Program-made: the position numbers and the translations under genes
DNA from: Alphaproteobacteria bacterium
GTDB lineage: Bacteria > Pseudomonadota > Alphaproteobacteria > UBA2966
DNA: 64,000 nt
NCBI GenBank assembly: GCA_964291395.2
Contig: OZ219856.1
Coordinates: 960,001 to 1,024,000, forward strand
Reading direction: 5' to 3'
Part shown: piece by piece, positions 18,347-28,846 of the stretch
Position numbering within the stretch: the stretch's first letter is position 1
How the letters are laid out: the number at the start of each line of letters is the position of its first letter
The notes under the pieces: model-generated
The model's input: the letters and a program-made list of their open reading frames with translations, nothing else
Databases searched by the model: none
What the model was told of the DNA's origin: nothing

Positions 18347-18868
18347 TTGCGACAGCGCTCCCGTCCAGCACACTTGGCAGTAGGGTTTCGGAGCGACGAA
18401 GCGGCGATCATGAGTGCGTCCGTGATGTTTCTTGTCGCCGCTGCAGCCTTGACCGGATGGCTCGTCACCGTAGCTCAATTGCCGTTTCTGCTCGTCGACG
18501 TGCTCGAGCAGTTGATTGAAACGCCGCGTCTCTTGATGCTGGTGATCGTCGTTTTGGTTCTCGTCATCGGCATGGTGATGGATTTCGTTCCGACGGTTTT
18601 GATCCTTACGCCGGTCCTCATGCCGTTGATCAAGATCGCCGGTATCGACCCGGTCTATTTTGGCGTCGTGTTCGTGATGTCGACCGCCGTGGGCCTCCTG
18701 ACGCCACCAGTGGGGGTTGTTCTGAATGTCGCCTGCGGAATCGGTGGCGTGTCCATGGAACAGGGGAGCAGGGGCGTAGCTCCATTCGTTCTTATGCAGA
18801 TAACGTTGTTGCTACTCCTGGTTGCCGCGCCACAGCTCGTGCTCACCCCGTTAAATTGGCTGCGTTAA
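18347..18868 (+). pseudogene. C-terminal fragment of a TRAP transporter large permease (DctM)
   Basis: GMVMD..TP.LMP..GIDPVYFG..GLLTPPVG; only about 170 codons; no DctP/DctQ nearby. Confidence 0.8.
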
Positions 18869-18916
18869 GCCGGCTCGCCCCGAGACAGCCTCGGTTTGGA
18901 ACCGGCGCAGGCGAAG

Positions 18917-19732
18917 CTAGGCCACTCTGGTCTCGGTGCCCATGAGACTGCTGATGGCCAATTCCTGTACTTCTCTAACCCGTTGACGTTCCAACGCCTC
19001 GGCCTCGTCACCTCGCCCGTCGCGTATCAGTTCGATCAGTTTTTCCCAAGTCTGGACCGACCGGGCGCGGTGTCCGTGGCTGGAGAGTCCCACACGGGTA
19101 TAGCGGGCGACCTGGCGAGCCAAGTGAAAGATGATTTCGTAAAGTTGCTCGTTGCCCGTTCCCGCCGCCAACGCGTAGTTCATTTGGTAACTGACGGAAA
19201 AGTGGATATCCAGATCGTCGTCACCCGCAACATTGTCGGCGAGGATCTTGTGCCCGGCCGTGAGGATCTCCAAGCATTCGGCACTCTCTCCTTCAGCCGC
19301 AAGACGTGCCGCGTGCCCCAACAATATGGCCCTGATGTCGAATATCTCGCTGACCTCGCGTGCGGACAAGTGTGTGACGCGGGCCCCGCGACGGGGAACG
19401 ATCTCTACCAATCTTTCACGTTCCAGAATGCGTAAGGCTTCTCGAACCGGCCCCCGGCTGACCTTGAACTCCGAAGACAAGCTCTGTTCAGTCAGTGCTT
19501 CACCGGGTTGATATTTGTCCTCGAGAATCGACTTGCCGATCTGCCAGGCAATTTGTTCCGCCAGGGACAGGGTTTTCCGACCGTCTCCTGATCGCACCAG
19601 CATACTGTCTTCGAATGAGAATTGTCCCTTCGATCCCACCGATTCGGCAAAGTATGTCGATGTCCGTTCCATGAGCTTTGATTTAGGCAATGTGTTGCGA
19701 GGGTGTGTTCCTGATCGAAAAATGACCGGCAA
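18917..19732 (-). CDS. GntR (FadR-subfamily) transcriptional regulator; start uncertain (19732/19672)
   Basis: LAEQI..YQPGE.LTE..LS.EF.VSRGPVREAL..LE..P.RGA; FCD-like C-terminus. Confidence 0.9.
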   Translation of the reverse strand: MPVIFRSGTHPRNTLPKSKLMERTSTYFAESVGSKGQFSFEDSMLVRSGDGRKTLSLAEQIAWQIGKSILEDKYQPGEALTEQSLSSEFKVSRGPVREALRILERERLVEIVPRRGARVTHLSAREVSEIFDIRAILLGHAARLAAEGESAECLEILTAGHKILADNVAGDDDLDIHFSVSYQMNYALAAGTGNEQLYEIIFHLARQVARYTRVGLSSHGHRARSVQTWEKLIELIRDGRGDEAEALERQRVREVQELAISSLMGTETRVA

Positions 19733-19735
19733 ATC

Positions 19736-20686
19736 TCAGCGGTCGATCGTCCGAGTTCCAGCGTCCATACCGTCCAACTCGGTCCAGTTGGGCAGGGATT
19801 CGATGTTGCCCGGGAGCTGAATTGACCAACCGGCCACTTTGTTGCCCAGCGCTACCGCATCGAGATTCGGCCGCGCCTGAAGCTGTCCGACAATATACCC
19901 GGCGGCGAATGCGTCCCCCACGCCAAATCGGTCAACCGCGTTGCCGACCGATACGCCGGAGACGCGGCGCGTTCCTTCCGTATCCGCCAAAATGGTACCA
20001 CTTGCGCCGGTCTTGAGCACGATTGTCGATAACCCAAGGCCGCTCAGGTAGGCCATCTGCTCATCCTGGTCGACGATGCCCACGAGTTTGATGAGATCCT
20101 CGCGACCTGCGAGAACATGGTCCGCCTGCCTCATGAGGTCTTCCAGACAAGTACGGGCCTCTTCCCGCGGCCAAATCTTGGCCCTGTAGTTCAAGTCGAA
20201 AACGATTCTGACGCCATGGGCCTTGGCGATCTCGACAGCCCTTTCCGCCGCCGCAAGGCAAGTGTTCGAAAGGCCCGGCGTTATCCCTGTGAGGTGGAGA
20301 ATTTGCGCCGAGGCGATGTAATCTTCGTTCAGATCATCCGGAGAGAACGTCGTGAACGCTGAATTTGACCGGTAGTAGAAAACGTTGGAATTCCCGTTGG
20401 TCCGGTTCTCTCTGAGGAAAATGCCCGTTTGTTTTCCTTCCACCAGCCGGACGTTCGTAACGTCGACGTTTTCGCCGCGCATGACGCCGAGAACGTAGGC
20501 GCCCATCTCATCAGCGCCCAGGCGGGAAATCCATCCGGCACTGTATCCAAGACGCGCCACGCCGACAGCCACGGTGCCTTCCGCCCCTCCCGCATGACGG
20601 GAAAATTCCACTGAGTGGCGTAGCGGTCCCCCTGATTTAGCGACGAGAACCGCGCAGGTCTCGCCAATTGTTACCAGATCAGGCAC
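19736..20686 (-). CDS. PfkB-family sugar kinase (2-keto-3-deoxygluconate kinase-like)
   Basis: IGE, GGAE..VAVG.ARLG, FDLNYR..W, VDRFGVGDAF.AG. Confidence 0.9.
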   Translation of the reverse strand: MPDLVTIGETCAVLVAKSGGPLRHSVEFSRHAGGAEGTVAVGVARLGYSAGWISRLGADEMGAYVLGVMRGENVDVTNVRLVEGKQTGIFLRENRTNGNSNVFYYRSNSAFTTFSPDDLNEDYIASAQILHLTGITPGLSNTCLAAAERAVEIAKAHGVRIVFDLNYRAKIWPREEARTCLEDLMRQADHVLAGREDLIKLVGIVDQDEQMAYLSGLGLSTIVLKTGASGTILADTEGTRRVSGVSVGNAVDRFGVGDAFAAGYIVGQLQARPNLDAVALGNKVAGWSIQLPGNIESLPNWTELDGMDAGTRTIDR

Positions 20687-21034
20687 TAAGAACGCGTTCT
20701 ACGATGGCGGTTTGCAGCGCGGTCGTCGCGGCGCCCGTGTCCGACCTGCCGTGTTGCCTGGCGCTCGACCCCGGCACCCGGCGCTATCTGGTATAAGACA
20801 ATTCGCATCTCGAGTTCGAACACCGAGCGGGCGCATGGCGTGATCCATCGGTGACCGCTACGGTCGCCTCTACGCCGCTCCATCCCCAATCAACCTGCGA
20901 CGTTCGGAGACGACGCTAGTTGGCATTCGTATGATTGTCAACTTTCAGTAAAATTACAGAACCTGGCGGAAGGGCGTCTGGCCACCCAATACCGCAGGGG
21001 CTTTTCAGCTTCAATACCAGTTACACCGCTCCAG

Positions 21035-21060
21035 TTGTCAATTATATGATTGTTGACAAT
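21035..21060. promoter_or_regulatory. putative GntR operator in a divergent promoter
   Basis: TTGTCAA..TTGACAA inverted repeat, including ATTGTTGACAAT. Confidence 0.55.
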
Positions 21061-21153
21061 TGATGGAGAATGGATTAGACATACCGATCTCCGGCTGTTT
21101 CCCGATAACCTTCTCGTCCACGAATTGTGTCGACTGCCGAAAGGCCCCCGCCC

Positions 21154-22050
21154 ATGTCCGCATCCATGTCCAATTTCAAGGGTACGATGCCCGCCCTGAT
21201 CACGCCCTTCGACAGTGAAGGGAGGGTGGACGAGGCCAAATTCCGTACTTTCCTCGACTGGCTCGTCCCGCAGGTCAGTGGTCTTTACGTCGCGGGATCC
21301 TACGGTTCGGGCCCCATCATGACCGTCGACCAGCGCAAGCAGGTGGCGGAGATCGTGCTTGACTCGGTTGCCGGACGCGTCCCAGTGGTCGTTCATGTCG
21401 GTGATCCGGATACCGGCACGACGATAGACCTGGCACGCCATGCGGAGACTTTGAGCGTGTCCGGCGTCGCCTCGCTCACCCCCTACTACTACCTTCACGG
21501 TCGCGGCGAGATCGACCATCATTTCCTGGCCCTGATCGATGCCGTCAGCACGCCGGTCTATCTGTACAACAACCCGAAGTACACGAACTACTGCGTCACC
21601 GCCGATCAGATTTCCTGGCTCGCCGAGAAAGGCCTGGCCGGGATCAAGGACAGCAGCGCCAATATTCAATTGTTCTACGAACTGGTCGCGGCCACACGGG
21701 GTTTCGAGGACTTTCAAGTCATCGTCGGTTCGCAGACGATTTTGCTGCCGGCCCTGGTCGGTGGTGGTCGCGGCTGCGTGTCGGGGCTGTCGAACCTGTA
21801 TCCCAGGGTCGTGAACGGAATATTCGATGCTGCGGAGGCGGGTGATCCTGAGCGCGCCCTCTCCATACAACGCGAAGCGAACGAGCTACGCAAACTTACC
21901 GGCGCCGGAATTCCCGTGTCGTTCTACCACAGCGCGCTCCGTTACCGCGGTATCGATATCGGCCTCCCCAAGGCGCCATTGCTCCCGAAGACCGAGGAGG
22001 AAGAGGCGGTGATATTCAAAGCGCTCGACAGGTACAAGCATTTCGAATAG
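21154..22050 (+). CDS. DapA/NAL family aldolase or dehydratase
   Basis: PALITPF, GSYGS (for GxxGE), LTPYY, YLYNNP, GIKDSS Schiff-base Lys. Confidence 0.88.
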   Translation: MSASMSNFKGTMPALITPFDSEGRVDEAKFRTFLDWLVPQVSGLYVAGSYGSGPIMTVDQRKQVAEIVLDSVAGRVPVVVHVGDPDTGTTIDLARHAETLSVSGVASLTPYYYLHGRGEIDHHFLALIDAVSTPVYLYNNPKYTNYCVTADQISWLAEKGLAGIKDSSANIQLFYELVAATRGFEDFQVIVGSQTILLPALVGGGRGCVSGLSNLYPRVVNGIFDAAEAGDPERALSIQREANELRKLTGAGIPVSFYHSALRYRGIDIGLPKAPLLPKTEEEEAVIFKALDRYKHFE

Positions 22051-22171
22051 ACGGACTCGCAACGGGCGCATCCCGTTGCCGAGGAGGCTCTCCAATTCTC
22101 GCGTCGGCCGGAACCTCTACCGCTCGATCACGGGGCGAGGCGGAGATCAACCCCGGAACACGTAGCCGGCC

Positions 22172-23143
22172 TCAGGTCGTTACGCTGTTCGTCGGGGGAA
22201 GTCCCTCCACCAGCACCCGACGAATCTCGTTGGCTGCGTTCACGGCCATGGCGACTTGGGCCTCGAGCGTCATCGCCGCGATGTGGGGTGTGACGATGAT
22301 GTTCGGACAGGAGAACAACGGGTCGTCGAAGTGGGGCGGCTCCCGGTCGAATACGTCGAGCGCGGCGCCGCCGATCTCTCCCGCCGCCGCCGCCGCGGCC
22401 AGCGCATTCTGATCGACGAGGCCGCCCCGGGCGGTGTTGATGAGGACCGCGTGCTTCTGGAGCAGATTCAAGCGGTCCTCGTTCACGAGATGATGGTTCT
22501 CAGGGGTCAATGGGCAGTGAAGCGTGATGATATCCGCGCTGCTCAACAGCTCTTCGAGCGGTACCGCGGGATAAGAGCTGTCAGCTAACGCCGCCGCCTC
22601 GCTGTCGCAGACGATGACATGGGCTCCGAAAGCGGCGAAGTAGTCCGCGACGAGCCGGCCGATCTTACCGAATCCGACGATGCCGACCGTCGATCGTTTC
22701 AACTCACGGCCCATGAGCGACTCGCGGGCCCAGGAGCGATGGTTTCGGATCGTGGTGTCGGCGGTATGAAAGTTCCGCAGCAGCGACAACGCCAAACCCA
22801 CCGTCGCCTCGGCGACCGCGTTCGAATTGGCGTCCTGTGTCGTTGAGACCGGGATGCCCGCCTCGCTGATGCTGGGCAGGTCCAGGTCGTCGAGGCCGAC
22901 GCCGTGCCGTGCGATGAGGCGAAGTCTGGTCTGCCGAGAGATGATCTCGGTATCGATTTTGCCGACCTTGTGAAGGACAGCATCCATGTCGCCGATGCAG
23001 GCCAGGATGTCGTCCTTGAACGGTTGCCCGGGCAGGATGGTGAGTTCCGCGAAATCCTCCAATATGCTCAATCCTTCCGGGCGTACATTCCCAAGCACCA
23101 GAACATTCCTGGTACCGTTCCCGGACAAGCTAGACGCCGGCAT
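22172..23143 (-). CDS. D-2-hydroxyacid dehydrogenase family protein
   Basis: RHGVG, NSNAVAE, GIVGFGKIG, INTARGG, LDVF..EP, TPHIA. Confidence 0.9.
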   Translation of the reverse strand: MPASSLSGNGTRNVLVLGNVRPEGLSILEDFAELTILPGQPFKDDILACIGDMDAVLHKVGKIDTEIISRQTRLRLIARHGVGLDDLDLPSISEAGIPVSTTQDANSNAVAEATVGLALSLLRNFHTADTTIRNHRSWARESLMGRELKRSTVGIVGFGKIGRLVADYFAAFGAHVIVCDSEAAALADSSYPAVPLEELLSSADIITLHCPLTPENHHLVNEDRLNLLQKHAVLINTARGGLVDQNALAAAAAAGEIGGAALDVFDREPPHFDDPLFSCPNIIVTPHIAAMTLEAQVAMAVNAANEIRRVLVEGLPPTNSVTT

Positions 23144-23972
23144 AGGCGTTGAACCCACCGTCGACGGGTGTGACCGTTCCGGTCACGAACGCGGAAGCAT
23201 CCGAGGCATACCACAGGGCCGTGCCCACCAGGTCCTGGACGTCGCCGAGCCTGCCCATCGGGGTGAGATCGACGATCCGCCTGCCTCGTTCCGAATAGCT
23301 GCCGTCAGCTTCGAGCAGGGTTGAGCGCATTCTTTCGTTGGGAAAAAAGCCGGGCGCGATCGCGTTTACCCGAACCTTTGCCGTGTACCGCTTCGCGATG
23401 TGGCATGCGAGCCATTGCGTGAAGTTGCTGACCGCCGCCTTCGACGCGGCGTAGGCCGGGCGTCCCTCAAGAGGCCGGAAGCTGTTCATGGAGCATACGT
23501 TAATGATCGATCCGCCTGCTCCATTCCCGACCATGAGTTTGCCATAGCGGAGGCATGGCAGGACGGTTGCACCCATGAAATTCAGATCCAGAGTATCGGA
23601 AATTGCCTCCGGCACGAGGTCGAAGAATCCTCGACTCCTGTCGGTCATCGCGTTCTTGTTGTTGCCGCCGGCGCAGTTGAACAACACATCCATCCGTCCA
23701 AATTCCCGGGCAACACACTCCGCGTTTTCCGCCACCTCGGAATCGAGGCGAACATCGACTTGATAGACCTCGGCCCTGCGGCCCATCTCGCGGACACGAC
23801 CTGCCAGCCGTTCCGCTGCCGTCCTGTTGCTGTTGAAGACGAGGGCAAGGTCCGCTCCCGCCGTTGCGAAGCCTCGGGCAACAGCGCCACCGATCGCTCC
23901 CGAAGCACCGATAACGACGGCGGTCTTTCCCGCAAGCGAAAACAGGGTGCCGACGGTCTGCTCGTCATCCAT
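23130..23972 (-). CDS. SDR family oxidoreductase (mannonate/gluconate dehydrogenase-like)
   Basis: GASGAIG, NCAGGN, YAASKAAVSNFTQWLA, NAIAPGFF, TPMGRLG, VDGGF. Confidence 0.88.
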   Translation of the reverse strand: MDDEQTVGTLFSLAGKTAVVIGASGAIGGAVARGFATAGADLALVFNSNRTAAERLAGRVREMGRRAEVYQVDVRLDSEVAENAECVAREFGRMDVLFNCAGGNNKNAMTDRSRGFFDLVPEAISDTLDLNFMGATVLPCLRYGKLMVGNGAGGSIINVCSMNSFRPLEGRPAYAASKAAVSNFTQWLACHIAKRYTAKVRVNAIAPGFFPNERMRSTLLEADGSYSERGRRIVDLTPMGRLGDVQDLVGTALWYASDASAFVTGTVTPVDGGFNAYAGV

Positions 23973-24948
23973 GGGCAAGGCCCAAGGCAGACGGGTTGAC
24001 GACGTGAAGCAGGGGCTCGCCACGGGCGAACCGGAGGACCTCCTCGACAGCGGCAAACGCAACCGCGCGCTGGGCCTCTTCGGTGACGGAGGCTATGTGC
24101 GGTGTGACAATGCAGTTGTCCAAACGGAGGAGGGGATCGTCCGCCGAAACGGGTTCATTTTCCAGAACGTCGGTCGCTGCCGCACGTATCCGATTCGATG
24201 CCAGGGCTTCGTACAGCGCGCCCTCCACGACCACGCCACCCCGCGACAGGTTTATCAGTATGGCCGTTCGCTTCATGAGGGCGATTTCGTCCTGCCCGAT
24301 CAGGTTTCGAGTCTCCGGAGTCAGGGGAACATGCAAGGATATGACATCGCTTCGGTTCAAGAGCGTCCCTAAGTCCACGAGTTCCAGCGGCAGGTCAGCA
24401 AGTCCCCTGGCCGAAGGCCGCGGGTGGTGGGCCAATACCTTCATACCGAGTGCGTGGACGCGCTTGACGACTTCGCGCCCAATGCCGCCGACCCCGACAA
24501 TGCCGAATACTTTTCCCTGGAGTTCCATGCCCAGATAGGAGAGACGGTCCGGATTGCCAAGCCCGCAGGCCCTCATGGACTGCGGCATTTTGCGTGCAGC
24601 CATGAAGATCAGGCCTAGCGCGAATTCCGCCACCGAAACGGCGTTCGCCCCGGGAGTATTCGTTACCGCGATCCCTTTCTTCGTGGCGTAGTCGACGTCG
24701 ACATTGCTGTAGCCGGATCCGTGACGTGCGATGAGTTTGAGCGCCGGTGCAGCGTCGATGATTTGAGAATCTATGCGGATCGGGTCCGTCTTGCTGATGA
24801 TGACGTTGCTGCCGCTCAGTCTGAATCGAAGTTCGTCGACGGTCAGGGTGTCGTCGCCGACATCAAGGTCCACCGATCTGCTGAGCCGGGTTTGCGCTTC
24901 CAGGTGTATGGGTTCCGTCAAGTAAACTCGCGGTAACAGACCATTCAT
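23965..24948 (-). CDS. D-2-hydroxyacid dehydrogenase family protein
   Basis: RHGSGY.NVD, NTPGANAVSVAE, GIVGVGGIG, NLSRGG, TDV.ENEP, TPHIA. Confidence 0.9.
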   Translation of the reverse strand: MNGLLPRVYLTEPIHLEAQTRLSRSVDLDVGDDTLTVDELRFRLSGSNVIISKTDPIRIDSQIIDAAPALKLIARHGSGYSNVDVDYATKKGIAVTNTPGANAVSVAEFALGLIFMAARKMPQSMRACGLGNPDRLSYLGMELQGKVFGIVGVGGIGREVVKRVHALGMKVLAHHPRPSARGLADLPLELVDLGTLLNRSDVISLHVPLTPETRNLIGQDEIALMKRTAILINLSRGGVVVEGALYEALASNRIRAAATDVLENEPVSADDPLLRLDNCIVTPHIASVTEEAQRAVAFAAVEEVLRFARGEPLLHVVNPSALGLAHG

Positions 24949-24970
24949 GCTGATAGGCCGGGCTCGGTGA

Positions 24971-25753
24971 TCAGGGGATGGTAAATCCGCCGTCAATGGG
25001 GATGGTTACGCCGGTAACATACGCTCCCAAATCGGATGCCAGGAACGCGACCACGTTGGCGTAGTCGATCGGCTCGCCCTGCCGTTTGAGCGCCAGCCGT
25101 GACATGACGCGTTCGGTCTCCCCCGCGCCGCGGTAGAACATGGCGCCGTCACGCCCCCCGATCCTGGCAGTGGAGGTAAATCCCGGGGCTATCGCATTTA
25201 CCCGTATGTCGTGCTCCCCCAACTCTCGGGCGAACAGTTTTGTCGCCATGATCACGCCGGCCTTGGAGACTCCATAGGCTCCTCGGCTGACATTCGCGTT
25301 GAGTCCGGTGGAGGAGGACAGGTTGATGATGGCACCGCCCCGCCCCTGTCGGATCATTTGCGTCGCGGCCAACTGGGTGCAGAGCACGGTGCCTTTCAAA
25401 TTTATGTCGAAAATGGCGTCCCATTCCTCCTCGGACACCTCCATCAAGGTCTCACGGCTGGAAATGCCGGCGTTGTTGACGAGGATGTCCACGCCTCCAA
25501 GTTCGCTGACACAGGTCCTCACCATCTCCTCGACCGCTGCACGGTCCGCAACGTCGCAGACCAGGGCCTTGACCTTTTGGCCGGTAGCCTCCACTCGCTC
25601 GACCGTGGCCTCCATGTCATCATCGATGGCAATGTCCGCCAAGCAGATGTCAGCGCCGCATTCGGCCAGACGGACGGCATGAGCGGCACCGAGTTGACGT
25701 CTTCCGCCGGTGACGATCGCGGTATTGCCGGACAAGTTGATACGGGTTTCCAT
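24971..25753 (-). CDS. SDR family oxidoreductase
   Basis: VTGG...LG, DILVNNAG, YGVSKAG, RVNAIAPG, IDGG. Confidence 0.9.
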   Translation of the reverse strand: METRINLSGNTAIVTGGRRQLGAAHAVRLAECGADICLADIAIDDDMEATVERVEATGQKVKALVCDVADRAAVEEMVRTCVSELGGVDILVNNAGISSRETLMEVSEEEWDAIFDINLKGTVLCTQLAATQMIRQGRGGAIINLSSSTGLNANVSRGAYGVSKAGVIMATKLFARELGEHDIRVNAIAPGFTSTARIGGRDGAMFYRGAGETERVMSRLALKRQGEPIDYANVVAFLASDLGAYVTGVTIPIDGGFTIP

Positions 25754-25803
25754 TAGGCGCTCCCGGTTACCCACGGCCCGAATCCATGGTACTAAACAAT
25801 ATG

Positions 25804-25816
25804 AATGTTAACAATT
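25804..25816. promoter_or_regulatory. putative GntR operator in a divergent promoter
   Basis: AATGTTAACAATT palindrome, similar to the 21049-21060 site. Confidence 0.45.
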
Positions 25817-25833
25817 ATTGACCTCGATCCCTG

Positions 25834-27204
25834 ATGAACAAGGCGGCTTCCCTCACCCAAACTCTCGCCGATTGCGCCCTGGATATCGCCCGGCGGCCGC
25901 TCCCGGAGACCGTTGGTGACCAAGCGAAACTGTGCCTTCTCGACTTTGCGGCGTCCGTTCTGGCCGCGGCGGACTCTCGAGAGGCAGCGGCAGCAGCGGC
26001 CCTGCTTCCATCCTTCGGAGCCGGAAACTGTTCCTTGATCGCACGAACCGAACGGACGAGCGTGACAGGGGCCTCGTTTTATCATGGGATGGTCGCGACC
26101 GTCGCTGATATGGACGATTCCCATCGCTTTGCCTCGGGGCTTCACCTGTCCGCGATTACGCTACCGGTCTCTCTGGCGCTCGGGGAGGAGCGGAACAGCT
26201 CAAACGATCTTCTGCTTCGCGCAATTGCCGCAGGCTATGAGATTTCGTCGCGTATTTGCCGCGCTGCCGACAGCGGATTGCGGGCGCGCGGGTTTCATTC
26301 CACCGGTGCGGTGGGCGCCTTCGGGTCATGCACCGCCGCCGGCGTGCTGCTGGGATTGGATCGGGAGCGATTGGCGCATGGCTTGGGAATCGCCGCCTCG
26401 GGCGGTGGCGGGATTTTTGCTTTTCTGCGGGAGGCCTCACCTGTCCGCCACGCTCACGCCGCATGGGCTTCCGTCAACGGGCTATCGGCAGCCCTCCTGG
26501 CGGCAGCGGGTGTAACGGGCCCGACCGAGGCTTTGGAAGACTCCGATGGGTTTTTTTCCGCCTATGCCGGTTCGTACGACGAAGGCTTCATCGTCGCGCC
26601 GTTTCCCTCCGAGTCGGGGACCTTCGAGATCAACAATGGCTACCGAAAACTCTTCAACGCTTGCGGCCACTCACTGCCATCCATTACCGCGGCCCTTGAA
26701 ATACGTGAAGACCTGATCGGTCGCCTGGACGACGTGGAACGGATCGAGGTTCGCGCCTACCCTGCGGCAGCCAGATTGACGAGTTCGAATCCCGGCACGG
26801 TCGGTGAGGCGAAGTTCTCGATTCCCTGCATCGTTGCACTCACGCTCCTCTTCGGTGATGTCACGGCACGCGAAATGCGGATGGAAGTCTTGTCGAGACC
26901 GGAGGTACGTCGACTGGCAGAGAAAGTCAGCGTGGTGGAAGATCCGAAAATCAGTGCGGAGTTTCCGCGCCTGCGGGCGTCGGAACTCCGAATAGATCTC
27001 AATGACGGTTCCCGGTTACGCAAGTATGTCGACGCTGCGATCGGCCTGCCCGAGAACCCGGCGAGTCTGGAACAGCTAGTCAATAAGTTCGCTGACAACG
27101 CGGAAGATCACTTGCCGGCGGACGCGGTGGGCCTCGTGACCGAGGAGGTGATGAAGGACACGCCGGTCCGTCGGATCGCCGAGAGACTCAGGTTGGGGAG
27201 TTGA
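25834..27204 (+). CDS. MmgE/PrpD family protein
   Basis: LLD, DMDDSH..H, GYE, RGFHST, K..ACG, EAKFSIP, G.PENP. Confidence 0.88.
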   Translation: MNKAASLTQTLADCALDIARRPLPETVGDQAKLCLLDFAASVLAAADSREAAAAAALLPSFGAGNCSLIARTERTSVTGASFYHGMVATVADMDDSHRFASGLHLSAITLPVSLALGEERNSSNDLLLRAIAAGYEISSRICRAADSGLRARGFHSTGAVGAFGSCTAAGVLLGLDRERLAHGLGIAASGGGGIFAFLREASPVRHAHAAWASVNGLSAALLAAAGVTGPTEALEDSDGFFSAYAGSYDEGFIVAPFPSESGTFEINNGYRKLFNACGHSLPSITAALEIREDLIGRLDDVERIEVRAYPAAARLTSSNPGTVGEAKFSIPCIVALTLLFGDVTAREMRMEVLSRPEVRRLAEKVSVVEDPKISAEFPRLRASELRIDLNDGSRLRKYVDAAIGLPENPASLEQLVNKFADNAEDHLPADAVGLVTEEVMKDTPVRRIAERLRLGS

Positions 27205-27235
27205 TTCCACATCAAATGCGCTCGTCTGCGCACAA

Positions 27236-27370
27236 CTAGATGTTGATGCTCACCGGCCGACACGGGCGGTGGGCCTCAAGCTCGACGATCAATCGGCGGC
27301 ACTGGAACCGCAACTCTCCAGCGTCCGAGACCATCCACCGGTGGTCGTAGTGGCTGACGAACGGGTCCTG
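27236..27370 (-). pseudogene. possible relic C-terminus of an aromatic ring-hydroxylating dioxygenase beta subunit
   Basis: FVSHYDHRW...GELRFQCRRLIVELEAHRPCRPVSINI resembles the degraded C-terminal pattern of that family (by eye). Confidence 0.35.
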
Positions 27371-27702
27371 TGCGCATTTTCCCGTGCGGGCTCTCGGTGT
27401 GTTGAACGGCGCGTGGATTGGATGCCGATCAGCGCGGCAACTGTCTGGTATTGCGTGATCCGGGAGTGTCGCTATCGGAGCCAAGCAACATGGTCCGCCA
27501 TTGCCGCCGGCATGAACATTGAACGTCCGCTGGGCGAGACCACAGGGTTTGGATGTGGCTTTCCTTGGGTCGGCCGCCGGCCCTATCCATGTCGACGGAG
27601 CGGACCGTACAATTCGGGTCGACGACCAGTGAATGACCCGGCGGAAGAAGGCGATGCCGTCGGCCATCGCCGTGGATTCCAGCGGGACTTTCGACGGAGG
27701 GG

Positions 27703-28686
27703 ATGATGGACATCAGTTGTGCGTTTGCGCCGGTCACGGATACGCCGGACCACATTCGGCTTGCCGAGGAACTGGGGTTCCGCCGTGCCTGGGCGTTCGA
27801 TACGCCGGCGGTGCAACTCGACACCTACGCCACGCTGGCGGTGGCGGCGGTGAAGACCAGCCGCATCGAGCTGGGCCCCGGCGTGATCATCCCGAGCCTG
27901 CGCCATCCCATGGCCACGGCGTCGGCCATCGCCACGTTGGTCGGCTTGGCGCCGGGCCGCGTGAACATCGCGCTGGGCACCGGGTTCTCTGGACGTCTGG
28001 CCATGGGACAGAAGCCCAACAAGTGGGATTTCGTCGCCGAGTACGCACAGCAGGTTCAAGGTTTGCTCGCCGGTGAGATCGTTGAGGTCGAGGGCAGGAT
28101 GATCAAGATGCTGCACGGTCCGGGCCAGGCCCCCGAACGGCCCATCAGGATACCCATGCTGTTCGGCACTGCCGGCCCCAAAGGCGAAGCGCTCGCCCGC
28201 GAGCATGCGGACGGCATTTTCACGGTGATTCCCGTCAGCTCGGGTTTCGAATGGCAGTCCCTGCTGGTCCAGGGCACGGTCCTCGACCCCGGCGAGGATC
28301 CCGATTCTCCGCGCGTCATCGAGGCGGCCGGGGGCGGTGCTTCGGTCGTCTTTCACCGAGCCTACGACCGTCCGGCGCCGGGCCGGCCCAAGATGGAGGA
28401 ACTCAAAGGCGGCAGGGAATGGGTCGAGACGATCGAGTCGTTCGACCCCGGCGTACGCCATCTCCACACCCACGAGGGTCATCTGACGTTCGTCAACGAG
28501 ATCGATCGTAAGGTGATCACGGGCGACCTGATCATGAAGTATACCTTCACCGGCGAAGCGGCCGCGCTGCGGCGGCGGATCGAGGAACTCGAGGAAATCG
28601 GCGTGACCGAGATCGCCTTTCAACCTGCCGGGCCGGACGTCCCCCGCGAACTTCGCGCCTTCGCCGGTATGGCGGGCATCGGATGA
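27703..28686 (+). CDS. LLM class flavin-dependent oxidoreductase
   Basis: AEELGF..AW.FD, TSRIELGPGV..P.LRHP, APGRV..LGTG, AGPK. Confidence 0.88.
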   Translation: MMDISCAFAPVTDTPDHIRLAEELGFRRAWAFDTPAVQLDTYATLAVAAVKTSRIELGPGVIIPSLRHPMATASAIATLVGLAPGRVNIALGTGFSGRLAMGQKPNKWDFVAEYAQQVQGLLAGEIVEVEGRMIKMLHGPGQAPERPIRIPMLFGTAGPKGEALAREHADGIFTVIPVSSGFEWQSLLVQGTVLDPGEDPDSPRVIEAAGGGASVVFHRAYDRPAPGRPKMEELKGGREWVETIESFDPGVRHLHTHEGHLTFVNEIDRKVITGDLIMKYTFTGEAAALRRRIEELEEIGVTEIAFQPAGPDVPRELRAFAGMAGIG

Positions 28687-28846
28687 AGCGGGGTTCTCGA
28701 TGTCCGCGTGGGTCGGAGACAGGGGTTACGGTTTTGGTCGTGCCATCTCGCACGTCGGGCTGTACGATCTGGCGGCTTGCGAAGATCACGTAATCCGGCC
28801 GAATCCGGGAAGCGAGGTGCCGGCCATGACTTCCGAGGGCTGAACG

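Noticed and set aside
21154-22050. Calling this gene dapA
   Set aside because: GTTGE is replaced by GSYGS and the context is catabolic
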